64,000 bases of DNA, taken from the NCBI GenBank assembly GCA_012026655.1, contig JAAILG010001552.1, forward strand, positions 1 through 64,000, written 5' to 3'. The position numbers were made by a program, and so were the translations under genes. The notes under the pieces were generated by a model, which had not been told where the DNA came from, ran no database searches, and was given only the letters and a program-made list of their open reading frames with translations. The stretch's first letter is position 1; each line of letters begins with the position of its first letter. Shown here piece after piece: positions 24,766 through 38,600 of the stretch. The DNA is from Hydrolagus affinis (lineage: Eukaryota).

Positions 24766-27222
24766 AGGCCATTATTACCTAATGAAAATGAAGGCGTGCT
24801 TAAAAAATAATGCATACTGTTGGAGATAAAGTCCTTCAAGCAGTTAATTCCCAAATTAACAAGCTCATCAAAGCGATTGAGCATATTAGCTCTAAGCTAC
24901 GAGGTGCTGACTTGCATGTAAATGAAGCTGAACGGAGAAATGACCGGAACTAGCCACCATCCTTCTTTCTCTCGCCTTCTATTAAATTGTAATGTCCTAC
25001 TCAAGCAGAGCTGTATTGTCCAGCTCTGAAATCATGCAGGGATAAACCATACTAAGTTCAAAGGGCCAATATTTCACCCATTCTGACACTTTGAGACTGT
25101 CTTTTGTATCATAATTGTGCAAAATTCTCAACCTTAATCCTAATTTTGAAAAAAAAAAAGCAGTTTCAATACTGCTGAAGATTGACTTGTAAATAAAGGC
25201 TCAATTTCTTGAACTCTGCACACCATGTTAAAGACAGTGTCTCGCAAGCTTAGAATAGCCGATATTTGAGGACACAGGCCTTCTGACTGTGGTCCTGAAC
25301 AGTTACATTTCAGCAAAAGCAAATCTTTCAGACCCTGCCTTTCACAAAACATTACTTAGGTTCAAAAAACAAACACAATATAATTCATATTTAATTGCAG
25401 AAAGAAAAGCAATAACAATATAACCTGCAGATTAATTACATCCTGAAGACATTTTGTTCAGACCAATAGATGAGATAATGGTCAGCAAACACATTAATAA
25501 ATAACTGGAAGAAATTCAGCGCACGATTCATTTTAAGTTAGACAGAATAGGAGATGATCAAGGATAAATTAAAGATATATCTAATTCACCAATGTTATTT
25601 CACAAGTAAAGTGGTCTCAGGGGCAGCTACGAGCCAAACATTAATGCAACGGCACCTAGGCAATCCATCAGTTTCTTCATTCAATCTGATTTTGGAGCCT
25701 GTAAATTGTGAGTCCTTCTAAATAACTAGAGATCTATAGCAACACGGGGACAGGAGGAAGCCATTCCACTTGTCAAACCTGTTCAGAGACAAAAATAAAT
25801 GCAAAATCACATTCTGCTGGGAGCAAAGACATAAATTGAAGTTCATTGCAGAATGTTTATAATACATTTGGAGGCCATTCAACTATTTGTACCTGTGATG
25901 GTTCTAGCTCCCCTGCTGGAGGTATCTCCTCTAAACTGGTGTTCTGGCTCACAGGACAATCCCCCACCAAATAAAACTTGGTCATTTGTTCCACGTGAGA
26001 CTTTGTTCTACACAATTTGTCCTACAAATACAGTCACTCCACTGGAAATCCTATGAAGCACTTTGAGATTCCTGCCCAAATTAAATTATTATTATCCATT
26101 TCCTTTCTGTTTATTATTATATTTTTATTATATGAAATCATTTTGTCTCAGGAATTAGTTTTTCATTTTCTTAAAACAAACTTTTTCCTGGAATATGAGC
26201 TAACATGCAAGATATAATTCTTTAGTGGAGCAAAAGGCAAAGAGACACCCCTCAAAAAAAACATAATAAAATCACAAAACTTTTAAATCCTAAAGAATAT
26301 CAGCCTAAAACTGTGGATTAAAAAAACAGTGTCTCTGTGTGCAGAAGAGTTGCAAAACAGCACATCAAATTGCCTTCTCACTTTTGAAAAACACTAGCCA
26401 GAGGAGAAGATCCACACTCAAACACAAGATAATGAGAGTACCAGGTACCATGGGGTTATCAGACAGACAGACCATGCATAGTTATAGCTTGGTCCCATGA
26501 ACAGTCAATTGGAAAATGCTCCACTGCCTCCAAGCGCATTAATGTAGCATTGTCAATTGTATGCACTGACATAATTTACACAATAATAAAAGCCTTGAGT
26601 TTCCAACACCTGTCTAATTTTCTGATGGAACTTACAACCCATCATCTGCACATCCCATAATCGTAAAATGCATCATTAGCAAAGTTAGATTTCTTTTCCC
26701 CTCTCTACAATAATTGACTAAATTGAGGTTTTTAATCTACCAGCATCAAGCGCTCCAACATAGATTTAAAAAGTCAGTAAAACGCATATAAATACTTTGC
26801 ACATTTCCTGCATACAGATAAGTTGCAATAAATCTTTCCAGCAGTCCCAAACCACTGCAGTATAAAACAACAAATATGCTTCCCAAATGGCTTGCTGGAA
26901 AATACATTACTTGGTGTTGCATTAAGCTACACAGATGAGAAAAGAAAGAATTTGGCTTAGCTTATAATGTCAAAGCATCTCAAAATACTTCGCAGTAAAT
27001 TATTGTCGAGCAAAGTGACTTTTATGCACAGAACGTCCTACAAACAGCCATGGGATGAATGTTCAAATAATCAGACAGCTAGGAGAGGCCAGCTGAAACT
27101 TTCTTCTCTTTTCAAATAAGATATTTAACGTATATAAACGTATATAAATGTATATAAACTTGTATACTGTACTTCAATTTAGGCTTTCATTTGAAAATGC
27201 CACCTCTGGTGATGCTATGAGT

Positions 27223-27739
27223 GGAGTCATGTAGCTTAGCGGTTAGACCAGTTGCTTTTTAAGCGAGAGGACCTGATTTCAATTCCCAACAGGGCAAAAA
27301 CTTAGACAAATTTTGTTACTCCCCACACTTCTGTGTATCTAGCAGTAAGTAGTAACCTGGTTGTAATTCTATTGGTAGATTGGTTTTGCCCACAAAAATA
27401 TACAATCAATTCACTTTACAGTATTTTCTGGGAGTTCTGTACCTCAATGGTTAGAGCAATCACCTTAAGCAAGAGGCCTGGGTTCAATTCCAGACAGGGT
27501 GAAAACCTTGGGCAAGTTTCCTCAGTCCACATACCTAATAATAATCCCTCAAAAAAAAAAAAAAAATTGGTAATTTCATTCCATGACTGTTTGTGGGACA
27601 CTGCTGTATGCAATTGGCTACTGCGTTTCACCCACAAATATACAGTCAATTTATTTTATAGTCTATTCTGTGAAGTGCTTTGAAACATCTAGAAGACTTG
27701 AAAAGCACTATATCAAAATACAAGGATTGCTATTATTAT
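27223..27739 (+). mobile_element. Two SINE copies head-to-tail (about 27223-27430 and 27431-27739)
   Basis: Two tRNA-like heads (GGAGTCATGTAGCTTAGCGGTTAGA; GGAGTTCTGTACCTCAATGGTTAGA). The second copy has a complete tail. Confidence 0.85.
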
Positions 27740-27888
27740 CCTTCCTCAAAAATCCACTTGCTTGGGTTTTGTAGGTAAAGATTTTTACCTCTCTTGTCTC
27801 TCAAACAGTAACCTATTCACATTCACCACTAAATATCAAACTGAAGAAGAATCGCTTATGTAAGGCACCTGACACCCATGAAACATAC

Positions 27889-27948
27889 CACACCATAAGG
27901 GTACAAATTCCATTCAGAATTACACGTACCACCTTTGGCGATGTCTGT
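27889..27948 (-). CDS. Candidate first constant exon of the solo Pcdh gene
   Basis: Acceptor atttcctattatag|ACA. The phase-0 frame is open (TDIAKGGTCNSEWNLYPYGV), matching the phase-0 donor at 41084. Candidate donors follow 27930 (GTACGT), 27894 (GTGTGG) and 27889 (GTATGT). Prediction only. Confidence 0.4.
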
Positions 27949-29002
27949 CTATAATAGGAAATCCCATTAACAGCGAGCATCACTAAAGACAAAGTATATA
28001 ACATTGAACAGAATCTTTACCTACACACCTTCGGGGTAGGAAAAAAAAATTAGCAGAAAACAGAGAAATAATATTTCAAGGTTATGTTTGGCTGCTTCTT
28101 CTTTTTCATCAAAAACTATCAAACTTACACCACCAGTTACAATTATTTGGCTAAAATGTAATCACAACTGTAATGTATCAAGCTAGGATTTTGTTACATG
28201 ATATTATTATGGCAATTTTATATACAGTACTCTCACTTTATTGCACCATAGTTCATGCATTGAAACAAGTTACAATGCTAACTTTGAGAGCAAAACTCAA
28301 TCATTTTACCTTGTGAATTGGGAATACCATTCTCTATTTGCAACCTGTAGTGCATAAATCCATTAATAATCGAGAACTGTGATACATCTATGAACTATCT
28401 TCACCTTCTGAATTCTGCCACCCATAAATCCATCGATAATCAAGCGTTAGGTGATATTTATGAACCAGCTTTGAGTTGTAAGTGGATCATTGAATAAAAG
28501 CACACAATCTGGTTTAAAATACGATTACATTTTCACATCTGAATAATCAAGTGAGCAGAGTATTGAGTTCCCAGTGTGATTTTTTTTAGGCATTTGGCTA
28601 TAGATATAATAATTATAATCTTCTCATCTTACACTAGTATGTTATGCCTTGTAAACAGCATCTAAGCAATGCCATTTTTAGCAGCAACTAGGATTCTGTA
28701 ACACACTGCAGGACAGACAAAGCACCACCTGACAACTCCAATAAAGCTAATGGACTATTCAGTACAAAACAAATGCCATAATAAGGAAAAAATCCTTCAA
28801 AATGCTAATCCCAAAATGGATCAGATCATTTAGAGCACTAATTAAACAAATTAATATTAAGCCTTGCACTGCTGACTTTGGTCTCAATAAGGATGAGTGA
28901 CACACGTCTGAGTTTTGAGTTTTCTAATCTCTCACTCACACAATGGTTTCAATGAATATTCAATAGAGATGTTCCAGCAGCAATAAATTATATGAGCAAC
29001 AG

Positions 29003-29360
29003 TATAACAACAACAAATTACAGTTATGCAGCACCTTTCACATCAGGGGACATCTCAAATAGCTGGACAGTCAAGGAGTTACACCCAAGGGAGGGTAGGT
29101 TAGAAAAGTGCCTTTAGTTACCCAACTCCCCCATCCTCCCTTGAAACCCACCCTCCTACCCCACCCTCACAACACAGAAAAGAAAAGGATAGTCTTCAGA
29201 TGTCCTTGAAGGAGGCAAGGCATTGGGTAAGGCAAATAACTGTGGGATAAAGTGCCAGAGAATGGGAGCAGAAAGGCTGAAAGTTTGATCATGGAGTGGG
29301 CTGGATTGGGAATGTGGAGCAGACCAGAGATAGGGAGGTACAAGGCTTCCATTGGGGTGT
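29003..29360 (-). mobile_element. L2 LINE 3' fragment
   Basis: Encodes TFSLSAPILWHFIP..KTILF (L2 ORF2 end) and has a (TTG)n tail. Similar to 34980-35600. Confidence 0.7.
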
Positions 29361-31659
29361 AGAATGCAGAATTTCCTAACTTGATTGCTTAATAAGGAAT
29401 CCAAATTGGGGAATGAGTGCATACAGTAGCCAATGATTTAACACATTGTTAAATCATTACACTTAGCCATCTACCTTCCACTCTGCTTTGAACGTTTCCT
29501 AGCATTAAACATGATACAAATAGAACACACTGGCAACATTAATGTTCAGTGTGGGAGGAGAATGTAATGCTTCTCTCTCAATCACAGAGAGATCATCTCT
29601 GGCCTTTATCCCAGAAAACAATGTTTTTCATTTCCTTACTTTTCAAAATCAAAAGCAACCGAATAGTTTGCAAAAGTAATTAAAACTAATTAGGCAAACT
29701 CCAGTACAGCTATGTGGCATCTCTTTCCTGTACCATCCAATTATCTTTTCAACTGGTGGGGCACTTTCTCATTAAATCTACCTCCAACACTAAATCTGAG
29801 ACACTGCAATTGTTAAAAGGAATACTTCAAGATAAGATTTCATAATGGTCTTGGATAACTTATTAAAATCATAAAACTTTTGCAAAGTTTATTTTAATAC
29901 AAATCAACTTATATAATTCTAATAAAAATCAGAGTTCTTATTTTCTTAGCTGGTCTCTTAATTGAAGCTATCGATTTTGCCAGGAACAGGAAAACAGAGT
30001 AAAATTTGGAATTGCCAATCTACCGGGCAATAATGTTCTTATAACCTTACCAACCAATGAAATTTCACCTTCAATAGGTCAGATTGCTGACATCTGAAAT
30101 ACCACTGCCTGCCAAAACATCTATTAGTCAGTGAGGGATGCTCATATTTGAACAGCATTAAAATATCACAGGAAAGATCAAAGGTAACAAGAAAGTTTGG
30201 GGCGAAGGAAGGCATTTTATACAATTTGATCTCACTCTTGCAGACAATCCACCCTCCCAGCTTCCCATTAAACATCAAGCTGTATCCTAAATTAATACAA
30301 CAGTTCTGCCTGTTGATTTTCTCGTTTGTAAAGAAATGCTTTCAAGCGACTGCTAGAAGATTGCCTTTCACATCCCAAAAGGTCAGATATTATAAATTGC
30401 ATAAAATTCTGTACATGGCATACAGAGAACTCTCAGTCTGGAGTTTGCACACACTTAAGGATGGTTGTGGATTTTCGTACATATCAGATACGTAGCTGAT
30501 CCAAAAAAAAGTGTTATCTCAGTTATGCTGTCAATCATGACTACTGAAAGAGAATGTTTGCTCAGCATAAACAAACAAATTCTCACCTTCATTTTCTGCA
30601 GTGATTTGGAGCGTGCAAACTATATTTCTGAGGTAATGGCAAGCTTGCCCTTGTAAAAATTTCAATGACTGTGTCACTTGCATGTTCATTACTCTCCTCA
30701 TAGAGAGTGCTGATATTCACACTGTAGTGCAAGTATTTGTGCACAGAAAAGACCACCACTGAACCCATCTTCAAATTAGTAAATATCTGAAACACCCCTC
30801 CCTATAATGCATTAACTGCCTCACTCCTTCAACCAAAGAAAGATAGGTAAGTATATTCTTGGAAATCATATTGAGGGATGTAATGGATAGGTGCAGCGAG
30901 AGATACATAAAAATTATTGCTTCCCATACATTGGTTTAAGTATTTGAGAGGGAGGTAGGGAAATATCAACTGTGAAGAGATGGAGCCCAGAGCCACAAAA
31001 TCTGCTTGAATCCTAGCATAGAAAACCATTTTGTCTTTCAATTTAACAGCATTCACAATTGTGGAAAATTCTTCAATGGAGCCGTAATTTGGGTGCCATT
31101 TCCTTTCAAGAACTGTGAAAAACATGTTTCTTAATAAAGAATATTTCACAATGCTGCATGACCTTACAATACAAATTAAAATACAACTTTAGATTTACAA
31201 CGCACCTTTCACATTGAGAAGATATCCTAAGATTCTGAAATCGGCCTTATATTTGAAGAACAAATGTTTCTATGTAGGCTGCAACTAGACAGAATTTCAG
31301 GCCTCACTTTTTCAAATGAGTAGAGTAAATAGGTAGAATTTTGACTATTACTCTTCAAAGCTAGAGAGTGCCTGTATGGAACTTTATAATAATTATTATT
31401 GGATTTGATATAGGGCCTTATCACATCTTTGAGATGTCTCAAAGCACTTTATAGAATGTACTTGAGGGTGAAACTTTCCCCCAGGAGACAGAGTAGGCTA
31501 TGCACAATGCCTATGAGAGGTTTACTTTTAAATGGATTGGTGGAGGGAGCAGGCTTGATGGGCCAAATGGCCTTCACTGATTTTGTTTCTCTCTTTATTT
31601 CTATGCATATAAACATTTCTGAAAAAAAGCTGGAAACTTGAGCTTTAAATTTGCGGATG

Positions 31660-31870
31660 AAAGCCGTGGGGGGAGGAAGGACAAGAACCTTACTGAAATA
31701 CTGTATATAAAATATTTAATGGTATTGATAAGGTATGACTTCAAAGTAAGCCAACAAAGTAGGACCAGAGGACATAAATGGAAATTACTGAGGAATAAAT
31801 TGAGACCAAATATCAAGAAAATTCTTTGCTACAAAAGTAATTAATGTTTGAGATAAACTAGCAAGTAAAT
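31660..31870 (+). mobile_element. CR1 LINE ORF2 C-terminal fragment
   Basis: Translation ..LTEILYIKYL..SRTRGHKWKL..LRPNIKK contains the CR1-type TRGHxxKL motif. Confidence 0.7.
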
Positions 31871-34533
31871 AACGGAGAGAAAAATATATAGGAATTATTT
31901 AAAGTATAATCAGAAAGCATAAAAAGTGAAGGTTAATACACTACAAGAATGAGCTGCAAGGCACAAAGTGGTCTTCTCATCTGTGAACTGTATTATTAGT
32001 GTCAGGTTTTAGCATTATAAGTGCTTCACATAAGTAATATAAAATTCACTCCCACAGTGATGAAAAACAGATTTATAAATACCTACAAAAAATGACTGAG
32101 GCTGATGGTGTCAGGGATCTGAATTAACATCAGCAGAGATAATTATTAGCTTAAGGGTGCTTTGCCACAATCTATGTATGTGTGTTAATGTGTTAATGTG
32201 GCTTTCTCACAGGGTCAGGCTCAGCTTTTTCCTCAAGCTTTCAGCCTTGATCATGGTTTCAACACTTGCTGTTCATATTGAACTGAAATGTGAAGAAATG
32301 AACAAAACAAAAGAAAATAATTTCAAGTAAGTAACATTTTTTTTAATGGTTAACATTTATCCCTTCACAATCCAAAGGAGCAGTCTCTCTATTAGAGGCT
32401 GCTAAGCTTTCTGAGTCTCCATTTGCTAGTTTAATTTGACCACTTGTCTGTTTTTTTTTACATTTGGGGATAGAGTTCCAGAGGTCAGGTACACAGTGGC
32501 TGAAGGTACTGGCCACCAATGGAGGGAGGAATGTGCAGTGGACAAGAGTTGGAAGAGAAGAATAGGGGAGAAAATTTGCACAGTTAGCTAGGATGCAGGA
32601 AGATCATGAAGACATATGAAGGTGATCACAAAGCTGACACACAACCCATTCACACCAGTTGGCAAGAATGGCTATCTGATTCCTGAAATACATTCATACT
32701 TGCATTTTCATTGTTTTCTTGTGAAAAACTCATTGAATTACAGCTGTGTGTGGCATTTGTACTGCTGGATTGTGGTAGCTGGTAAATAATGAGGTGTCAG
32801 ACAGATGGATTTATAGTGAGATCCAATTAACAGATTAGCATTTGCAGATAGACTGGGTGTGCATTATCTTCAAAGCTATATGCTTAAAGGAATTATCCTG
32901 ATCATTATATACCCATAAAAATGAATTTAAAATATTTTTCTTTTTCTCTATAATGCCATACATTTGATTCTGGACCCATGCTTATATACTTAGAAGGTTA
33001 AAAAAAGATAGAACAGAATATGTTAAATATAAATTTTTTCTAAACTTCCAAAAGTAAGTCTGAATTTACAATTTTTTATACAATACAGCATGATCCTAAA
33101 CTCAAGGCCACGTTGACCTTACACTCTCAGACCAGACATAATTTAGCTGCTAATGTCTACCAGGTTATTCACATTCTCTTTTTTCTCTCTTTTTTTAATC
33201 TCTGCTTCTTCATTTCAGTCACATATCAGTAGATGGTTTAGTGGAATCGAATGGAATTGAATCCATGTGTTTTTTTTGTTGTTGACCAGAATCTTGGAAT
33301 TGGCTTCTATTTCATCAGCCACCCAAGAAGAAACAGCAATTTAGATGTTTCAAACCCATCTTGATTTTTATTTACCTGGTTTTGTTTCGATCAAGAAGGC
33401 CAGCCCTACATCTGAAGTGCGAAATTAATCCCTGGGCAACACTGACAACCATATATTGTATCGTCTGCTATTTATAAATAAAAATTATTTTGAAACTTCA
33501 GTAGTGTTGAAACAGAAAAACAACATTGTGATATCAGCAATTCAGAGAAGCAGAAATCTGTTTTATCGCAATCAAATAGATTGTTTTCAAATTTAAAACA
33601 TAGGTATTTTTCAAAGTAGAAAAATAAAAACCAACACAGATTGGATACAATGGGTTATTAACCCCTTCCTTGCAAAATGACCTGTACAAGTTTTCAAAAT
33701 CCGCTCAAAGCGATTTGAAGTAAATCTCCAATAAATAGTCATGTTTGGGCTTTGGCCTCAAAGTTTCTAGGGATGAAGTTTCTGTGAAGTCCAATTCAAT
33801 TACAATCACAGGAGTCCTGCTGGACTGCCAAGAAACACAGACATAACCCATTCCCCTGCCAGAAATTACAGACGCATACTCACCTCTATATTGACAAGGG
33901 TTGGATGCAGGCAAGCTCCAGTATTGATGAGATCTGCCAACACCAATGGAGATCAAACCAGATCAAAAGTGCTCAAAAAGCAATTAAAATAAATTCAATG
34001 TGGGACACATTTTCCATCACCACTATCAAGAAAGTGATATCTCCCCTATTATCCTCACCACCCAAATAACAATCAGATGTACCGGGTCTTATTAGTTACA
34101 TTATTATGGTTCTTAGAATTTATTTCTACATTTCCAAACCACACACAACACAATGATGTGCCCATTGACAACATTAAATAAATAGATGGGGTGAGCAAAT
34201 GGGATATGTTGTCACTCCACCCGCACACGTCACCATTTCCCTTCAAAAGGGAGCCTGCACCTGTACTGGAAATGCCTGGAATGAGTCAAAGTTCATCTCT
34301 TGGAAAATTAACCCAAAGTGACAATCACATCGCTTCAGGTTTGTTATGTCGTTCAGCACTTCTCTACTGATTACCATCCTGGGTGGTTCAGTCAGTTGAA
34401 AACTTGGGACAAGACAGATCTGAGCTCACAATCCCATGTGGACTCACTCAAACCCTTTAGCTTTAGAGGTTGACAAAACAAGTGCTGTGTCCACAAATAT
34501 CCTCCTCGTAGGGATGTAGAGAGATAACAGGCA

Positions 34534-34828
34534 ATAATAATAATATTCCTTGCATTTGATATAGCATTTTCACATCTTCTAAACATTGCAAAGCGCTTCA
34601 CACAATATACTGTGAAGTGAATTGACTATATTTTGGTAGGCAAAATGCAGCAGCCAATTGCACATAGCAGTGTCCCACAAATAGTCAAGGATTGAAACAA
34701 TCCTTTTTTTTAAGAGGGATTCTTATCAGGCGTGTGGAGTAAGGAAATTTGTGAAGGTTTGCCTCAAATCGAACCCAGGTATCACGCATGCAAGTCAAGT
34801 CCACTAACCACTGAGCTACAGGACTCCT
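34534..34828 (-). mobile_element. tRNA-derived SINE
   Basis: Head GGAGTCCTGTAGCTCAGTGGTTAGT..GGTTCGATT, with the family body and tail. Confidence 0.88.
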
Positions 34829-34979
34829 GATACCAGGACTGACAAAGGCAATTATTGAAATTGTAAGACACATCCTCCAACCTGCAAATCAAATCACCTA
34901 AACTACACTGTTAAACCAAACTACAGCACTCAATAAATATGATTAGAATATTCAGAGGAACAGGAGAAGGCTACTCAAC

Positions 34980-35600
34980 AACAACAAAAATAAGAACAAC
35001 AAAATTACATTTATAGAGCGCCTTTCACATCGGGAGGACATCCCAAGCCACTGAACAGTCACGATGGGACCTGAGCAAGCGAAAGAGACAGTGCAGTGGG
35101 GAAAGACAGGACAGAGTTAGGAGGGGAGGGACAGAGTTGGGAGGGCAGCAGAAGGCACAGTCGAAGAGGAGAGTCTTGAGGCTGGCCTTGAAGGAGAGGG
35201 AGCAAGGCAAACGGAGTGTAGTTTGGAGTGCCAGAGTGTGGGAGCAGAGAGGCTGAAAGCCCATCCACCGATGATAGGGTGGGTCACGTGGGGGACATGG
35301 AGCAGGCTGGAGCCAGCTGAACGGAAGGGGCAGGGAGGATCATAGGGGGACAGCAGTTTGGAGAGGTAGGGGGGCAAAGCAGTGAATGGACTTGAAGGTG
35401 AGAACAAGGATCTTGAATTTGATCCTCTGGGGGATGGGAAGCCAATGGAGCCAGGCAAGGGTGGGAGTGATGTGGTCGCGGAGTTTGGGACGGATGAGGA
35501 AATGAGCTGCAGAGTTCTGGATGATCTGCAGCTTGCGAAGGGAAGAAACAGGAAGGCCGACGAGGAGCGAATTTCCGTAATTGAGCCTTGATATAATAAA
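34980..35600 (-). mobile_element. 5'-truncated L2 LINE (ORF2 C-terminus, 3' UTR, (TTG)n tail)
   Basis: AETLVHAFIISRLNYGNSLLVGLP..LQIIQNSAA..DHITPTLAWLHWLPIPQRIKFKILVLTFKS, then AFSLSAPTLW and SFKASLKTLLF in shifted frames. These are typical L2 motifs. Confidence 0.92.
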
Positions 35601-38600
35601 TGCGTGGACGAGGGTTTCAGCAGCCTGAAGAGGGAGGCCCATCGATCCAGTTCCGTCTAAATATCTATCTCTTTTTAACCCTCTGATCTTTTCTGTCTCT
35701 AAAACCTTCAATTCAACATATTTATGCATGAAACAAAAAAAAATTAGGCATTTTTGTCATACAAGAGATCAAGAAAGGCTGCATTACATTAAATATGGAT
35801 GGTTGATGTCATGGTAATGGATGAGATCAATTCACTGAGCAAGATTCAGCTAAGAGCTCAGCAGTATAGAGGGTTGTGGCCTCTAATCCACCCGAATCCA
35901 CCCAAATCTAACCAAGGCCTCGAGGTAATGGTGCGACCTCTCAAGGGCTCCAATGAAGTGAACATCACCATAAAAAACAAGATTGCACTCAACGATAGAC
36001 CAACTAAAGAAAGTATGGAGATCCATGTTGTACCTCAATATTAAATGGTTAACTCAGTATACAGTAGCTGTCACCAAATAAGAAAATGGCGTTGATACAG
36101 CAGCTGTGACTTAATCATCTGTTCTGGATTCAGACACATTGATATCAAAGCAACGTACACTGATTGTAACTATGTTTGGCATGAAGACAAGTTTCCATCA
36201 CCTGGGCACTGAGGACTGGCAGATTGTGTGAAACAGTTCCAATTGGGCATGAAGGATGGGCTAACAGAGCTTGCAGGTATCCTTGGCCACACAGCACCCA
36301 CTTGGAGCAGATGCAGGACTCTTGATACCAAACATAGCATAATAAAAAAGTAACTTTGAATCTCACTCTGGTCAGCAATCTGAATAGCCCAGGTCAACAA
36401 CAATAACAACTGAATTACATTTATATAGTGACTTTCACGTAGGAGGACATGTATTTGAACAAACCTCATTCAGACATCAGGACTGTTCTATATGCTTTTT
36501 TCCCCCATAAAATGTGGAGATTCTACTGACCCTTCCAACATTGTCATGCCTCGCATGTGCATCCCCAGTTGGTAGCAATTCTTCTGTTGCTTTACTAGCT
36601 AAACCAATGGAGTCCTTTACTAGTAATAGTAGTATTAATAGCACAGTTATTTGTAATGCTAGATTCCTATTGAAGGAAAGGCAGTATTGCTACATCACAA
36701 ATCACAACAGACTCAACAGGAAAACAATGGGTGAGAGTTATTGTATGGGTATTACATGGCCAACAAAAATACCCCCACATTCACTATGAATATATCAAAT
36801 ATTTTCTGTGTTTGGACCCCTAAAGGAATTTTCAGATGATACAGCACAATTGCTTCAATATGCAAGCAATAGATACTTTCTGGTGGACCACATAAGCTGT
36901 GAGTGATAAGTTCTATCAAATGTGCATAACTGGCCAGTACAAATAAACAAATGCAATTGTATTGGAGATTCCATTGATCAAGATAGATATACATCAAGTT
37001 TCTTTGCAAAGCTCCTGTATCTGACACATACTTTTAAACCTTTTCTTATTCATAGTCATGGCACCAAGCCATTCCTTCAACATTTGAGTAGATGCTGCTC
37101 TGAATGGTAAACATGCAGTACAACACCAAGAGGTTGCACAAATTAGATGGTTCGCATTAAAAAAGCTTGCTTCCCAACAGGAGATTGAGGCATAAATCAG
37201 TTCGAGAGAGCACTGAAGAATTGCTGTATGGATAATGGGAAATTGCGCACTAGACTACACACACATTCTGCAGTGATGTCTGCAGTTAAGGCGTTCATCA
37301 ATGATTTCAGACTATAGTACCTTTTGCCTTCAACAAAAAAAAGGTGCAGTCACTTAACCCAGGTATAAATGACCAGTGAAAGGTGAATGAGTCCTCTGTT
37401 GACCCTAGTATTAAACAATCACAATATATTTGGGGGCATTACAGATGCCTAGGGAAAAGAAGGCTTAACAAGAGATTTAGTTGACTTTCAAAACATCTTT
37501 TCATATCCTACATTAAGTCAAATGCAGTACTGAGAAAGAAGCTCGCCACAGTACTGGGATAATACTGTTTATCTCCACTTCTACAAAAATGGGCCAACTT
37601 TCTCAGAAGAGTGTATCATTCATATCTTGACTGTGGGTGACCACAGCAATATGTGTGGTAGCACATAAATCATCTCCCAGTGAGTAGAATAGAACATGAA
37701 CCTGAAAATTAATGATGATTTTCATCCTCACAGCTGCTGACAGAGTGATCGGTGTCACTGCGGACACCTTTATATTAGTTTCAAGTATCATGCATGCCTC
37801 TGGCAAACCAATCATGCCAAGTCTAAACCTGAACATTTACTGCTCCTCTAATGAACTTATGTATGATATTTAAAGCTTTTAATACATCTGCACAGATTGG
37901 GGTAACCTTCTGTTTGACTTGGTTTCATCAAACCAAACCGCCTTTACATCTTTGCCTCCTGCCTGTACACTAATATTTCTTGTAATTATCACTACTGACT
38001 TCATTAGTCTCTTTAGTCATTTTCCTTCTTGCCTCCAAGACTAATTTAAACCATGGCCTGGGGTGATATATGACTCCAGCTGAGTACAACACACAACAGT
38101 TCAGAATTTTCAATGTGAGTAAAGTCAAAGGAATCCCACCCCTTGCCCAACACCATCCCTCACCAATAATTGGTTGAAGTGTCATAAACATGTAACAGTT
38201 GTTGGAGTATCACATCAATCATTTCCTGGTGAGTAGAAAAGAACATGAGCCTGGAAATTAATGGTGATTTTCACAGTCTCACAGCCACAGGCAGAGTGAT
38301 GGGTGTCACTGTGAATACCTTTATATTAGTTTCCAGCATCACATATATTTGTCGTGTGAAACCATCGCTCATGACGACAATTACCCACAGATATCATCAG
38401 AGTGACAGTGGATGTCAACAGGAATGTGCACGATTGGAATAAACAATTGTAGTCCATCTGGTCCCTCCTAAAGAACAGTAATAATAACAGTAACGTGACC
38501 TCCACAGTAATATTGACACACTCGCTGCAGCATCACACTGCACTTATCAATCCTAGGTCGCGGAAAGTAAAGAATGCCTTGAATAATGTATAAACATCAA

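Noticed and set aside
36203-36261. 59-nt AG...GT segment matching the length of alpha/gamma constant exon 1
   Set aside because: Weak donor (GTGATG), and the phase-0 peptide shows no similarity to constant-exon sequences.
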